From a virus, in the IMG/VR virus record IMGVR_UViG_3300027896_000014, positions 64,001-128,000 of that record: 64,000 nucleotides of DNA, one strand, 5' to 3'. The notes beneath the pieces were generated by a model. That model was not told where the DNA came from. It searched no databases and saw only the letters and a list, made by a program, of their open reading frames with translations. Below, one piece after another: positions 8,517-17,871 of this stretch. Each line of letters opens with the position of its first letter. Position 1 is the first letter of the stretch. The position numbers and the translations under genes were made by a program.

Positions 8517-9632
8517 ATGGCCTCAATCCAAAAGATATCCAGGCTCGGCCACCGGATTTACTGGCGACTTTATTTTCTTGAGGGTGGATACAAGGAAAAA
8601 TATAAGGCATCCAAATCAAAGGCCTTCTTAAGAGAAATCCTTCCAGACGTGATGAAAATCGAATCTCTATCACGCCGCTGTGAGCTCACACGCCAAGATC
8701 TCATGAGGGCCTTAAACCTTGGCATCGTCAACAGGGAAGAAATCAGTCATTTCTCCGACCAGGTGGGGTCCGTCGAGGACCATTACCTCTCCGAATTGCG
8801 GATCGATTTTGAAACACAATCAAAAGCCCAATCTCCCTCGATGCACAGTCACATGATTAATCTTTATAAGGGTGATATCCTGGAGAAGCACTTCAAGGAT
8901 GTTCCCATATCCCGGATCACGCCGGAAACGATCAATGCCTTCCGGGCCGAGAGGAAAAGAACCGTTACCAGCACCACGATCAACCAGGACCTGAAGGCCC
9001 TAAGAAAATATCTCGACGCAGCGGTCAGTAAGAGTTGGATCAGGGAAAATCCGGCCCGCAAACTTAAACTCTTGAGAGAAGTAAAATCAAGGATCCCGAG
9101 GTGCCTTTATCCCGATGAATTGAAGGCTTTCTTTGAGGAAATGCCCAAGTACCGTCATTGGCTCTACGGGGAATTTGAATTCATCATACGCTGCCTAATC
9201 TATACCGGCCTGCGCCGCTCCGAATTGTGTAGCCTCAACCCCGAAAACATAAAACTCCATCTCCGTCAGATCCATCTGATGGGCAAGGGACAGAAACATA
9301 GAATCGTGGGGGTCCATCAATCCTTGGTCTCTGAGTTCAAGAATCGGGTCAAGCGGGGCCATATCATTGATCCGAGAATTAGGCCCGAATCTATTTCCCG
9401 GGCATTTAAAAAGGTCGTCCGTGCCCTGAAACTTTCGGAAGTGTTGACCCTCCATTCACTCCGCCACACCTACATTTCTTATATGCTCGAAAAAGGAATC
9501 CCCGCCAAACGGGTCAAGGAAAAGGCGGGTCATTTCAGCCTCGCCATTACCGACCGTTACACCCATGCTATTCCCAGCGATATCATTGAAGAGGATGCCC
9601 TCGACTTCGAGCAAACTATAGCCGAAGTATAG
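8517..9632 (+). CDS. int: tyrosine integrase
   Basis: YTGLRRSEL, GKGQKHR, LHSLRHTY, AGH, TDRY catalytic motifs. Confidence 0.95.
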   Translation: MASIQKISRLGHRIYWRLYFLEGGYKEKYKASKSKAFLREILPDVMKIESLSRRCELTRQDLMRALNLGIVNREEISHFSDQVGSVEDHYLSELRIDFETQSKAQSPSMHSHMINLYKGDILEKHFKDVPISRITPETINAFRAERKRTVTSTTINQDLKALRKYLDAAVSKSWIRENPARKLKLLREVKSRIPRCLYPDELKAFFEEMPKYRHWLYGEFEFIIRCLIYTGLRRSELCSLNPENIKLHLRQIHLMGKGQKHRIVGVHQSLVSEFKNRVKRGHIIDPRIRPESISRAFKKVVRALKLSEVLTLHSLRHTYISYMLEKGIPAKRVKEKAGHFSLAITDRYTHAIPSDIIEEDALDFEQTIAEV

Positions 9633-9858
9633 CCACGAATATCCTTTTCTGCCATTTTTCGACTAATTGTCCAGAATTTACCATTTCCAATTTTTGGGTT
9701 TAGGAAGTCTTCAGGCAGGCCACAGTATTGGAGTTTCTTGAGATTATTATGGTATTTTAGTTGGTGGTCCCAAGGGGATTCGAACCCCTGTTACCGACGT
9801 GAGAGGTCGGAAGATTCCACATGATTTCAAACAATTAAAACAACTGGTATAGCCAAAG
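9617..9858. other. attP region with arm-type repeats and an IHF-like site
   Basis: TATAGCCGAAG (9617), TATAGCCACG (9628) and TATAGCCAAAG (9848) flank the core; IHF-like TTTCAAACAATTA at 9825-9837. Confidence 0.75.
9762..9810 (-). other. attP core = 3' portion of tRNA-Glu(CTC)
   Basis: CCGACCTCTCACGTCGGTAACAGGGGTTCGAATCCCCTTGGGACCACCA gives anticodon arm, T arm and CCA; D arm and 5' acceptor strand are absent. Confidence 0.9.
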
Positions 9859-9866
9859 TTCCTATC

Positions 9867-10352
9867 TCATCCTCCTTTATGACCCTCATCAATGTGATGG
9901 TCTATCCTCGATACGACTGCTTCCTGCCTTTTAATTACGAGGTCGAGCTTCCCTGCATTTGCATCAATAGTGTCCCTAATTCCCTGAAGGTTTGCCTCAG
10001 ATCGCTTATCGTGTTCCGAAAATAACCGCTCAATTGATCCGAGAATGTCTTGGCTGATCTTGCTGAAACCATCATGGGCCTCATCTTTTGTCATAACACC
10101 ACCTTTTAAGAGAATGCTATCCCTCCAGTTCCCAATTCCAACTACAGCACAACCCGCACGAACCTTCCCGCAGAAATCAAAGAATCTATCTCTCGTAACA
10201 AGGTTTCCTTCCACGGCATAATCCGCTATGCGCTGATCATGTGCCTCTTCCCACTTTTCCCTCTTGGTTATCCATCTCTTAATCCAAAAAATATTATCGG
10301 CAACCAAAAGTGTTAAACCAGCCCTCCAGATCCAGTCTAAAATTGAGTTCAT
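9867..10352 (-). CDS. hypothetical protein with N-terminal TM helix
   Basis: Hydrophobic N-terminus and C-terminal coiled coil ending RIDHHID. Confidence 0.6.
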   Translation of the reverse strand: MNSILDWIWRAGLTLLVADNIFWIKRWITKREKWEEAHDQRIADYAVEGNLVTRDRFFDFCGKVRAGCAVVGIGNWRDSILLKGGVMTKDEAHDGFSKISQDILGSIERLFSEHDKRSEANLQGIRDTIDANAGKLDLVIKRQEAVVSRIDHHIDEGHKGG

Positions 10353-10367
10353 TGGAAAATCCTTTCA

Positions 10368-10637
10368 TCACAGACCCACCATTTTGAGAAAAGCTAAAGC
10401 CTTCTCAATCTCTTTATGGAAATGCGAAAGCTCTGTAATTGTTTCGACCAATCTCTTAAAAGATAACTTGGTGTTAATTGTTTTAAAGGAATACTCCATG
10501 GCCGTAGAAGCTTCCCTTATGCTGGCTATACATTCATAAATCAGCCCGAGGGAACGATAGAACTTAAACGGGAAGGTGATTTTTAAATAAATTATTTTTA
10601 ATGCTTTCCCAAGTTGTTTACGATTCATCAGTTTCAT
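10368..10637 (-). CDS. hypothetical protein
   Basis: Fills the gap after the giant gene; RBS present. Confidence 0.45.
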   Translation of the reverse strand: MKLMNRKQLGKALKIIYLKITFPFKFYRSLGLIYECIASIREASTAMEYSFKTINTKLSFKRLVETITELSHFHKEIEKALAFLKMVGL

Positions 10638-10641
10638 CTTC

Positions 10642-13600
10642 CTACCTTCCCAATCCCGGAGGGAGATAGGATGGTGCCTCCGGCCTTAAAGGATACTTCC
10701 TCTGTTTATTTTCTTCGCCTTTACCCATCAAAAACGGGAGAGCCAAAGGGATGGCAGAATAAAGAGCCTTACCACCTTCTCCCTTCGTTTTTAAAGATTC
10801 CTTCCACTTCTTGAAGGCATTATTTATCGCAACCCTGTCCTTCCCCTGCGGATATATTGCTCCCCATGGAGACGTAGGGCTTTCATGGGTGGAATGGACA
10901 AGGTAGTCACTTTTGTTCCCGGTTTCATTGATCATATCTTCTACGAAGCTCTCAAAGGCCCTGGCAAACAGTTCATGTTTTCGCTGCCAATAATTGTCGC
11001 CCTTTCCCTTCCCCTTGGCGAGAGCATTCTTTAGGAAATCCGTCTTTTCGGTACGAACAAGTTCTCCGGCTTCTGCCTTCGCAAGATTAACTTGAGCCTT
11101 TTCAAGATGCCATGCGTTGTTTCCAATATGTCCAGCATCTTCTTTAGACATCTTATAGCCTGTCCCAGCCAATTCCTTTCTCAGGACTTCGGCCAGTTCC
11201 CGGGGTCCCACGTTCTCACCATTCCATTGCTTCGGTTTTGAACCCTTGAGCATGGAAAGAATGTCCTTAATGGTGTCGGTATTGGCTTTGGGATTCTCCT
11301 TCATGAAGGCATCGACCGGTTTGAGCCACGAGTTGATATATGAAGTTATCTGCTTGACCCCTTTTTCTTCCGTGGCAATATTTGCTTCCTTATCGGCAAC
11401 TCGGTCTGAAATGGACTTCATCACTTCGCCCCAGGCATCAACCATCTCTTTTCGGGCCTCCCCCGCCTTAGAGACGCCATGCGAAACGTACTTTCCGGGG
11501 AGTCCACCCGTAACCTGTCTTCCAAAGTAATCATCAACGGCATGAGCCCATTCATGGGCCAAGGAGCCTGCCCCACGGGTCTTGGTCAGGTTGATAACTA
11601 CTCTCCCCGGTTCATAATGGGCCGATGCAGATCCACCACCCCGAGCTCCAAAAGCTATTTCAAGTTCTCCGTTTAAAGAAAGTGCCTTGGGAGGAACTTT
11701 CAGGGTATCTGCAAGGTCCATCAGACCATCGTAGGCCTCATTCAGGGATTGCTGCCGATCACCTTGGTTGGTCCAGTTTCCAAACTCTCCCCCGCGGAAT
11801 CCAAATTCAGAAAGAATCTCATCACCGGTCTTGTTCTTACCCTTCCGGTAGTCCGGTCCGGTGCGTTCTATGTTCTCTCGGTATGGCCTTATTAATATTT
11901 CTCCCTTAGATTTAGTTTGGTCCTTTGCCCATGCCTCGGCTTCTTCTCGGGAAGGAAAACCAGACTGTTCAACGTGATATTTTCCTTTCTTCGTAACAAA
12001 CCATTCCCCCTTGTCAAGAACGATTTCTTTGCCTTCACGTGTGATTTTAGCTCCCTGTTCAATCATCCAAATATCGTACTGCTTCTGCCAAGCCTCCTGT
12101 TTTACTGGGAATCCGGTCTGTTCGGCCTTCTGTTCGGCCCTTGAAAGATCGTATGTCCGGGGTTGGAAAGCAGAGGAAAGAGTCCTGCCCCCAAGAAGTA
12201 ATAGGTCTTTATTGGCCTGATCGGTATAGTGGGAAGAATATTCGCTCACCTTGTCTGCCGGGAAAAGCTCTTTCCCTAAATTTCTGATATCCTCAAGGGT
12301 TCTGACTTTCGGCAATTTCTCTCGGATCGCAGAAACCAGTTCGATGTACCGCTTGAAGTTCTCTTCTCTGAGTTTAGGGTCTGTGCTTGCAATACGTGAG
12401 ATTTCAGGTAATACCGAGATTGAATCCTTGATCTTTTTGACAAGGAGTGCCATTCCTGGCGACATTCCTTCTTCTACAAACTTCTCGTAGGGGGTATTCG
12501 GCCAAACATGGGCCTTCTTGGTATAGGTCTCCCGTTCCTGTAGGGTCATGCCTTTGACATCTTCCAGGGAAAGTCCACGTTCTTTCCAGAGATCCTTACG
12601 TGCCCCTCCAATCTTCTTCCCGAAGTCCGAGATGGGAACTTCTCCCTCTTTTGCCTTAACATCCTGGTAAAGTTCCTTTAAATTGGAAAATTCTGTTGAT
12701 TTTCTCAAGTGTTCATTAAAAATATCAACGGGACTCCGTGCCCTTGTTGCCTCATTGGTTTGTAACTCACGGGCCAAATTTGATACTCTTGTGTCAACTC
12801 CCTTAAATGGTTCCTTTCCTTCCAAAACGAACCATTGCTTAAATTCGTCATAAGTATTAAAATTTTTCGCCTTCTCCCTTAAAGTACGGAGCATTTCTGG
12901 TTCTTTAGTCTTTTCTATCCCCCTTTTTGGTGCGACTTCCTCTATAGCTCCTTCGGTCTTCGGTTTACCCCCAAAGAATTCAAATCTTCCCTTATTCTCT
13001 TCCCACCACTGAATTGCCTTATCTTCGGGCATTACAGACTTGTCAAATCGGATCGCCTGTACAACTTCCTTCCCACTGGCCTTGTCCTTGCCCATTAGGT
13101 AGGCAACCCCAGGAGTAGAGGATTTCCGTCTAAAGTAAGAGTCCTTTTTGACACTCTCTATAGGTAGGAGTCTGAATCGGCCTTCGTTTGCCGTGGAGTT
13201 CGGATCAAAAGCAAAGGGACGGGATTCGCCTTTAGACCAGTTACCGGGGGTTTCAGGAGAGGGTTCTTTTGCGGAGAGGGCAGGCTTCTCCGCAGGGGCG
13301 GAAAGCTCTGCTTGTCTTGCTCGAATAGACCATGCCTTATCAATGGGAACCCAATTCCCTTCAGGATCAAGCCATCCATTCTCTACCTTTTTATTCCACC
13401 AGCCTTCGGGTAATTTTTGTTCCAACTGAAAGTGTGCTTCATTTGGCTCTCCACTGTAAATTTTCCCTTCCAATTTCAATGCTGGTCTAAAAAAGACCTT
13501 CTGAGATTCCGGCTGCTCACCCTTTGGCCCTGTTTCGGCAGGGGTAGATTCTTGCAGGTTCTTTTGAAAAAGTCCTCTTATCTCTTCTGGACTGAATTCT

Positions 13601-16600
13601 AAAAATTTTTCTTGACCGTAATCAACAACTGGTAATCTCTTTTCGATGGCTTTTTGCCAAAGAGTTTTTGATGTTCCAGGAATTATTCTGCTTCTGATAT
13701 TATTCCAAACATCAGCCTGTTTTACTGCTATATCATTTGCCTTATCAATTGCCGTTCCGAAAGTTGGATATGGCTGACCCAATGGCTGTATTTGAGCTAT
13801 GCTATCTGCTTCATCAAGGTACTTTTTCTTTTCAATGGCTAATTTCTCTATTCTTTGGATGCTTTTTTCAATATCTTTAGGAATTAAAATGGCAGAAGTA
13901 GGAGTCTCTAATTTTACCCCCTCATACTTCTTGCTGGCCTCAAACTTGGCGGGATCTTCCCGGTATTCGTGCTCAAATTCACTGGCTAAGGTATGCGCTT
14001 TATCATAAGGCATACCCGTTGACATCTTATCCCGTTCATGTAATTCGTGAGCAATGACGAATTTCTGTCCTTCCGGGGCTATTTGGTCGTCAACGATAAC
14101 GGTATTCTTAGGAACCCACTTGTAGATTTGATCATTTCCCCCCTCGGTGAAGCTTGAGTCAATATTCTCCCGAATCATATCTCCGTCAACAAGAAAAACT
14201 TGAATCTTCTCATTTTCAGCAGTTCCGAGTAATCCTTTCTTTGAATCTTCGACAATCTGTGATTTGGGTTCACCTTTCTTCGGCGGTTCATTCCTTACCC
14301 GTTCTCGCTGTTCGGTTAAGTTACCTCTTTTGAGGGCTTCGGCAAAGGGTCTTCCTTGAGACATTATACGCCTTTGCGTAAGAGCATTATCAAAAAGGTA
14401 TGGATACTCGTTCTTTCCATACTCTTTATCAAGCCAGATTTCGTTTTCGGGGACGTAGGGTTTATCGAAATGTTGACCGAAATTCGTAAACTCCTCATCA
14501 ATGTTCTTTCGGATTAAATCACCGTCCACGATGAAGGCCGTAACGGGACCCCGAGTTTCGTATGGTTTGGCGGAGATTTGGGTGTGGAGGTCAGGGGAAG
14601 TAAGTTCTTTTACGACGGGGGTAGTTTCGGATTTGGTGAGAGCTTTCTTGATTCCTTCAAGATCTGGAGGTCTCGCTTCAGTCTCAATAGTTTTTTGAGC
14701 CTCTCCAAGTCTTCTGGTAATATCTTCTTCGGGGATTCCTTTTCCACGTTGTTCCTCCTTCCAACCCATTATCTCATCATCGATATTATTTGTCAAGGAA
14801 TCAAAAGTTTCATCTTTTAGAAAATTGGGATCAGAATCGAAGATGGCTTTTCTATCTTCCCAATATGCCACTTCTTGCTCTCTACGAAATTCTTCTCGTT
14901 CCGTAGCATTCATCTTTTCCCAAGAGAGAGGCTTGCCTTTTCCTTCCGTTAATCTAACTTCTAATTGTGCAAGGGCATCATCAATTGTTCCCGTATATCC
15001 TTCTCCCTGCAATTCCTGAAACAGATTATCAAAAGTTTGACCTTTACCTGATCCGGCCTTTGCAAATGGATTATATTTCCCCCAAGCCTTAGTTGCACCT
15101 TCCCTTCGAGAAAGAGCTTGCATGTCAATCCCGGGAGACTCCAATCTACCAGTTTTGGGATTCTTCCTTGTTAGTATCTTTCCGTGTTCGTTAAACCAGA
15201 GAGCAATATCAAATTCTGGAGTTTCTGGAATATTCTCTTTCTTCCCCATCGGGAGTTTCGGTTGTCCCTTCTCAATTTCTACTTTTCTTGCAGCTTCACC
15301 TAATGGAGTCCCTTCGAGGGTAGGTGCAGCTCCCTCTTTGGCTCCCTTCATTTCGAGACCTTGCTTAATTCCAGGAAGAGCATATTGATCTTTAGCGGTG
15401 GGGGAGAGGGACGGCTCCGGAGCTTCGGCTAATTTTTTCTCAATTTCTTCTGGAGTAAACGCACCTGAAAATTTATCTTCACCAAGATGGCCGGCCACCG
15501 TTTCTCGATACAGTTGATCTATAAAACTCTTGTCTCCCCATTTCTGAAGCTCTTCTCCGCTAAGATCTTCTGGCTGTGGCCCCTTTGTCCTCTCCTTATA
15601 TTCTTTCCATATGTTTTTAGCCTGATCTCTTGTCAGAGTTTTTCCGATATCGTAAGCCTGGGTTGTTGCATTTTTCTCAGGAGTACCTTTTATTGATTCT
15701 ATTTTTTTAAGAATGTCTTCTTGAGACTTGGGATATTGCTCTACAAACTTCCCCTCTTTCGTCACAAAACCTGGGATAGCCTTTTTAGGATCTAAATTAT
15801 TGGTGGCAATAATTTCTCCATGGACATGATCAGTATAGATCTTCCCATCTTGCTTAACCGCTACAGACTCTATGTTGGGATACTCTTCAGGCATGAGCTC
15901 AAGGTGCTGAGCGGTGGGGGGAATCGCCTGAGTTGCAGACATCTGCAAACCGGGGGGTTCAATTACCCTTTTCCCCTTGGGTTTATTAACTTTAATAAAA
16001 GACTTTTCACCAACAGTAATATTTGCTTCCTCTCCATTTGGAAGCCTGACTTTATATGCAGGACTGAAACCCCCTTTGGGAATCCCTAAATCTTCGATAA
16101 TTGGAACTGTCGTATTGGAAGGTAATTCAAATCTTCTTAATCCCTTTTCAAATGTTAAAGTACCCAATCCTACCCCTTCCTCCTTCACTGGTATGGCCTC
16201 TGGCACGACTTTCTGCTCTGGCGGTATCACAGCCCCTACCTTCCCCTCTAAAATCGGGAACTCTTCGGGCGGTAACTTGGCCGCTTCCTCCATATCTTTA
16301 CGGGCTATTTCAGTAATAATATTCTCTTTTGTTTTTGCAATGCCCCTTTGCGCTGGTTTTGCGGGTTCAGGCGCTGCCGCTGGCATCTCCTGACCTATCC
16401 CCATCATCTGGGGAATCGGAGTCGTGGGAGCTTCAGCCAGTGTCGGCTGTGAAGGTGGAGCAATTGGTCCAACTCCCATCGGTGGAATTGGCTGAGGTGT
16501 TTCAACCGGAGGTGCCTCAACTGGTGGTGCCTGTGGCCGTGGAGCGATAGGCGATATTCCCGCCGGCATGGTCGTTCCGATGGGTTCAGGTGCTTCGGTC

Positions 16601-17871
16601 CCAATTCCAGGAGGTCTTACCAGTTCTGGTTCTCCCGTAATGGGGTTAATTTTAAACTCTATTCCAACGGGAGCTTTTGGCCGCAAGATCGTCTTGGGTT
16701 TGGGTTCCATTAGCTGAAAACCTTGGCCTGGAGGCAATGCCAATTGAGCTCCTGCCTTTATTTCTGTAGCCGGTTGAACTGCTGGAGTCCCGGGGGCCGG
16801 AATCGTCGAGCCGACAACTTCTGGAACTTCCGGCGCCATCCCAGGAGGAGTAATTTTCGGACCCGTGGGCTCTGCGGGCTTGCCTGCCTCTGCAAAGGGA
16901 GGATATTCTTCCCCCTTGTTCCTTCGTCTCAGAGCTTCTTCCCTCCACGATGGATTGTTCCAACGCCTTAGAACATCGCCTTCGAAATATCCCTTGTTCA
17001 TCATGTCCTCAAGAGACTGTGTAACAAGAGCACGTTCCTTATTTGTAAGGCTTCTAAGCCAAGGACCTATTGGCGTTTTTAAAAATCTGGTTAATACCGC
17101 TGGTAGCACTTCCTCCGCAATGGTACCAGCCGCCCTCATAGCAGTTGGGAAAGCTGCCCATTCCGCAGCACTCATTGTTTCCTTTGCCAAGGATTCATAG
17201 GGAGAAATCTTCTTTTTCCCAGTAACCAATTCCTTCTCGATCTCTTTCAATTTCTCTGGATCAGTTGTTGTTCCAGGAGGGAAAAAGTCTCCCTTCAATT
17301 CTTTTCGGCCTTCCTCACCTATATATTTTCCGAACGGAAGCTGAGATTCTACCATTTCCAATGCGGTAGCTGGAATAGCAGCCAGATAGGGATGACGAGC
17401 AGCAAATGGAGAAGTGACAACTTTGGGTTCAACAACGGGAGGCACCTTGAGAGTCGGCCTTACTGGCTCATGAGAAGGGATGGGTTCCTCTTTCGGAAAC
17501 CCCGACAAATCAACTCCTGGTTGTGCAGGTGTTTCACGTGCCACTTCAGCTGGCACTGGAGAAGGCTTCGGTCTCTCCATCGGTCTCATGAGATTCGGGT
17601 TAATCAGACCGGGAGGGGTGATGGGTGACACTGTTCGTTCCGGGACAAGAGGGGTAGGGGACTTCTCAACAATCGGTTTAGGCAAGGCTTCCTGTACGGT
17701 AGGCTTTGCTTCGACACTCTTTTGAGGAGCGAGGTAGTTAATGATATCCTTGTGTGAGAATCCTGCTTTTATATGTTTTTGGAGGTCAAAATTTCTCGTC
17801 GAAGCAAGGTATTCTGCTATCTGCTCATCGGTTGCACCTTTATCTCGTGCCCACTGTATATCGTATGGCAT
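10642..17871 (-). CDS. large polyvalent ejection-type protein (LPD5/LPD1-like and zincin-like domains)
   Basis: 2409 aa; ISDFGKKIGGARKD; FGFRGGEFGNW...AFGARG...AHYEP...INLTKTRGAGSLAHEWAH; HELFARAFE; Pro-rich N-terminal region. Confidence 0.85.
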   Translation of the reverse strand: MPYDIQWARDKGATDEQIAEYLASTRNFDLQKHIKAGFSHKDIINYLAPQKSVEAKPTVQEALPKPIVEKSPTPLVPERTVSPITPPGLINPNLMRPMERPKPSPVPAEVARETPAQPGVDLSGFPKEEPIPSHEPVRPTLKVPPVVEPKVVTSPFAARHPYLAAIPATALEMVESQLPFGKYIGEEGRKELKGDFFPPGTTTDPEKLKEIEKELVTGKKKISPYESLAKETMSAAEWAAFPTAMRAAGTIAEEVLPAVLTRFLKTPIGPWLRSLTNKERALVTQSLEDMMNKGYFEGDVLRRWNNPSWREEALRRRNKGEEYPPFAEAGKPAEPTGPKITPPGMAPEVPEVVGSTIPAPGTPAVQPATEIKAGAQLALPPGQGFQLMEPKPKTILRPKAPVGIEFKINPITGEPELVRPPGIGTEAPEPIGTTMPAGISPIAPRPQAPPVEAPPVETPQPIPPMGVGPIAPPSQPTLAEAPTTPIPQMMGIGQEMPAAAPEPAKPAQRGIAKTKENIITEIARKDMEEAAKLPPEEFPILEGKVGAVIPPEQKVVPEAIPVKEEGVGLGTLTFEKGLRRFELPSNTTVPIIEDLGIPKGGFSPAYKVRLPNGEEANITVGEKSFIKVNKPKGKRVIEPPGLQMSATQAIPPTAQHLELMPEEYPNIESVAVKQDGKIYTDHVHGEIIATNNLDPKKAIPGFVTKEGKFVEQYPKSQEDILKKIESIKGTPEKNATTQAYDIGKTLTRDQAKNIWKEYKERTKGPQPEDLSGEELQKWGDKSFIDQLYRETVAGHLGEDKFSGAFTPEEIEKKLAEAPEPSLSPTAKDQYALPGIKQGLEMKGAKEGAAPTLEGTPLGEAARKVEIEKGQPKLPMGKKENIPETPEFDIALWFNEHGKILTRKNPKTGRLESPGIDMQALSRREGATKAWGKYNPFAKAGSGKGQTFDNLFQELQGEGYTGTIDDALAQLEVRLTEGKGKPLSWEKMNATEREEFRREQEVAYWEDRKAIFDSDPNFLKDETFDSLTNNIDDEIMGWKEEQRGKGIPEEDITRRLGEAQKTIETEARPPDLEGIKKALTKSETTPVVKELTSPDLHTQISAKPYETRGPVTAFIVDGDLIRKNIDEEFTNFGQHFDKPYVPENEIWLDKEYGKNEYPYLFDNALTQRRIMSQGRPFAEALKRGNLTEQRERVRNEPPKKGEPKSQIVEDSKKGLLGTAENEKIQVFLVDGDMIRENIDSSFTEGGNDQIYKWVPKNTVIVDDQIAPEGQKFVIAHELHERDKMSTGMPYDKAHTLASEFEHEYREDPAKFEASKKYEGVKLETPTSAILIPKDIEKSIQRIEKLAIEKKKYLDEADSIAQIQPLGQPYPTFGTAIDKANDIAVKQADVWNNIRSRIIPGTSKTLWQKAIEKRLPVVDYGQEKFLEFSPEEIRGLFQKNLQESTPAETGPKGEQPESQKVFFRPALKLEGKIYSGEPNEAHFQLEQKLPEGWWNKKVENGWLDPEGNWVPIDKAWSIRARQAELSAPAEKPALSAKEPSPETPGNWSKGESRPFAFDPNSTANEGRFRLLPIESVKKDSYFRRKSSTPGVAYLMGKDKASGKEVVQAIRFDKSVMPEDKAIQWWEENKGRFEFFGGKPKTEGAIEEVAPKRGIEKTKEPEMLRTLREKAKNFNTYDEFKQWFVLEGKEPFKGVDTRVSNLARELQTNEATRARSPVDIFNEHLRKSTEFSNLKELYQDVKAKEGEVPISDFGKKIGGARKDLWKERGLSLEDVKGMTLQERETYTKKAHVWPNTPYEKFVEEGMSPGMALLVKKIKDSISVLPEISRIASTDPKLREENFKRYIELVSAIREKLPKVRTLEDIRNLGKELFPADKVSEYSSHYTDQANKDLLLLGGRTLSSAFQPRTYDLSRAEQKAEQTGFPVKQEAWQKQYDIWMIEQGAKITREGKEIVLDKGEWFVTKKGKYHVEQSGFPSREEAEAWAKDQTKSKGEILIRPYRENIERTGPDYRKGKNKTGDEILSEFGFRGGEFGNWTNQGDRQQSLNEAYDGLMDLADTLKVPPKALSLNGELEIAFGARGGGSASAHYEPGRVVINLTKTRGAGSLAHEWAHAVDDYFGRQVTGGLPGKYVSHGVSKAGEARKEMVDAWGEVMKSISDRVADKEANIATEEKGVKQITSYINSWLKPVDAFMKENPKANTDTIKDILSMLKGSKPKQWNGENVGPRELAEVLRKELAGTGYKMSKEDAGHIGNNAWHLEKAQVNLAKAEAGELVRTEKTDFLKNALAKGKGKGDNYWQRKHELFARAFESFVEDMINETGNKSDYLVHSTHESPTSPWGAIYPQGKDRVAINNAFKKWKESLKTKGEGGKALYSAIPLALPFLMGKGEENKQRKYPLRPEAPSYLPPGLGR

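Noticed and set aside
9762-9810. Complete tRNA-Glu gene
   Set aside because: The D arm and 5' acceptor strand are missing; interpreted as the attP core.
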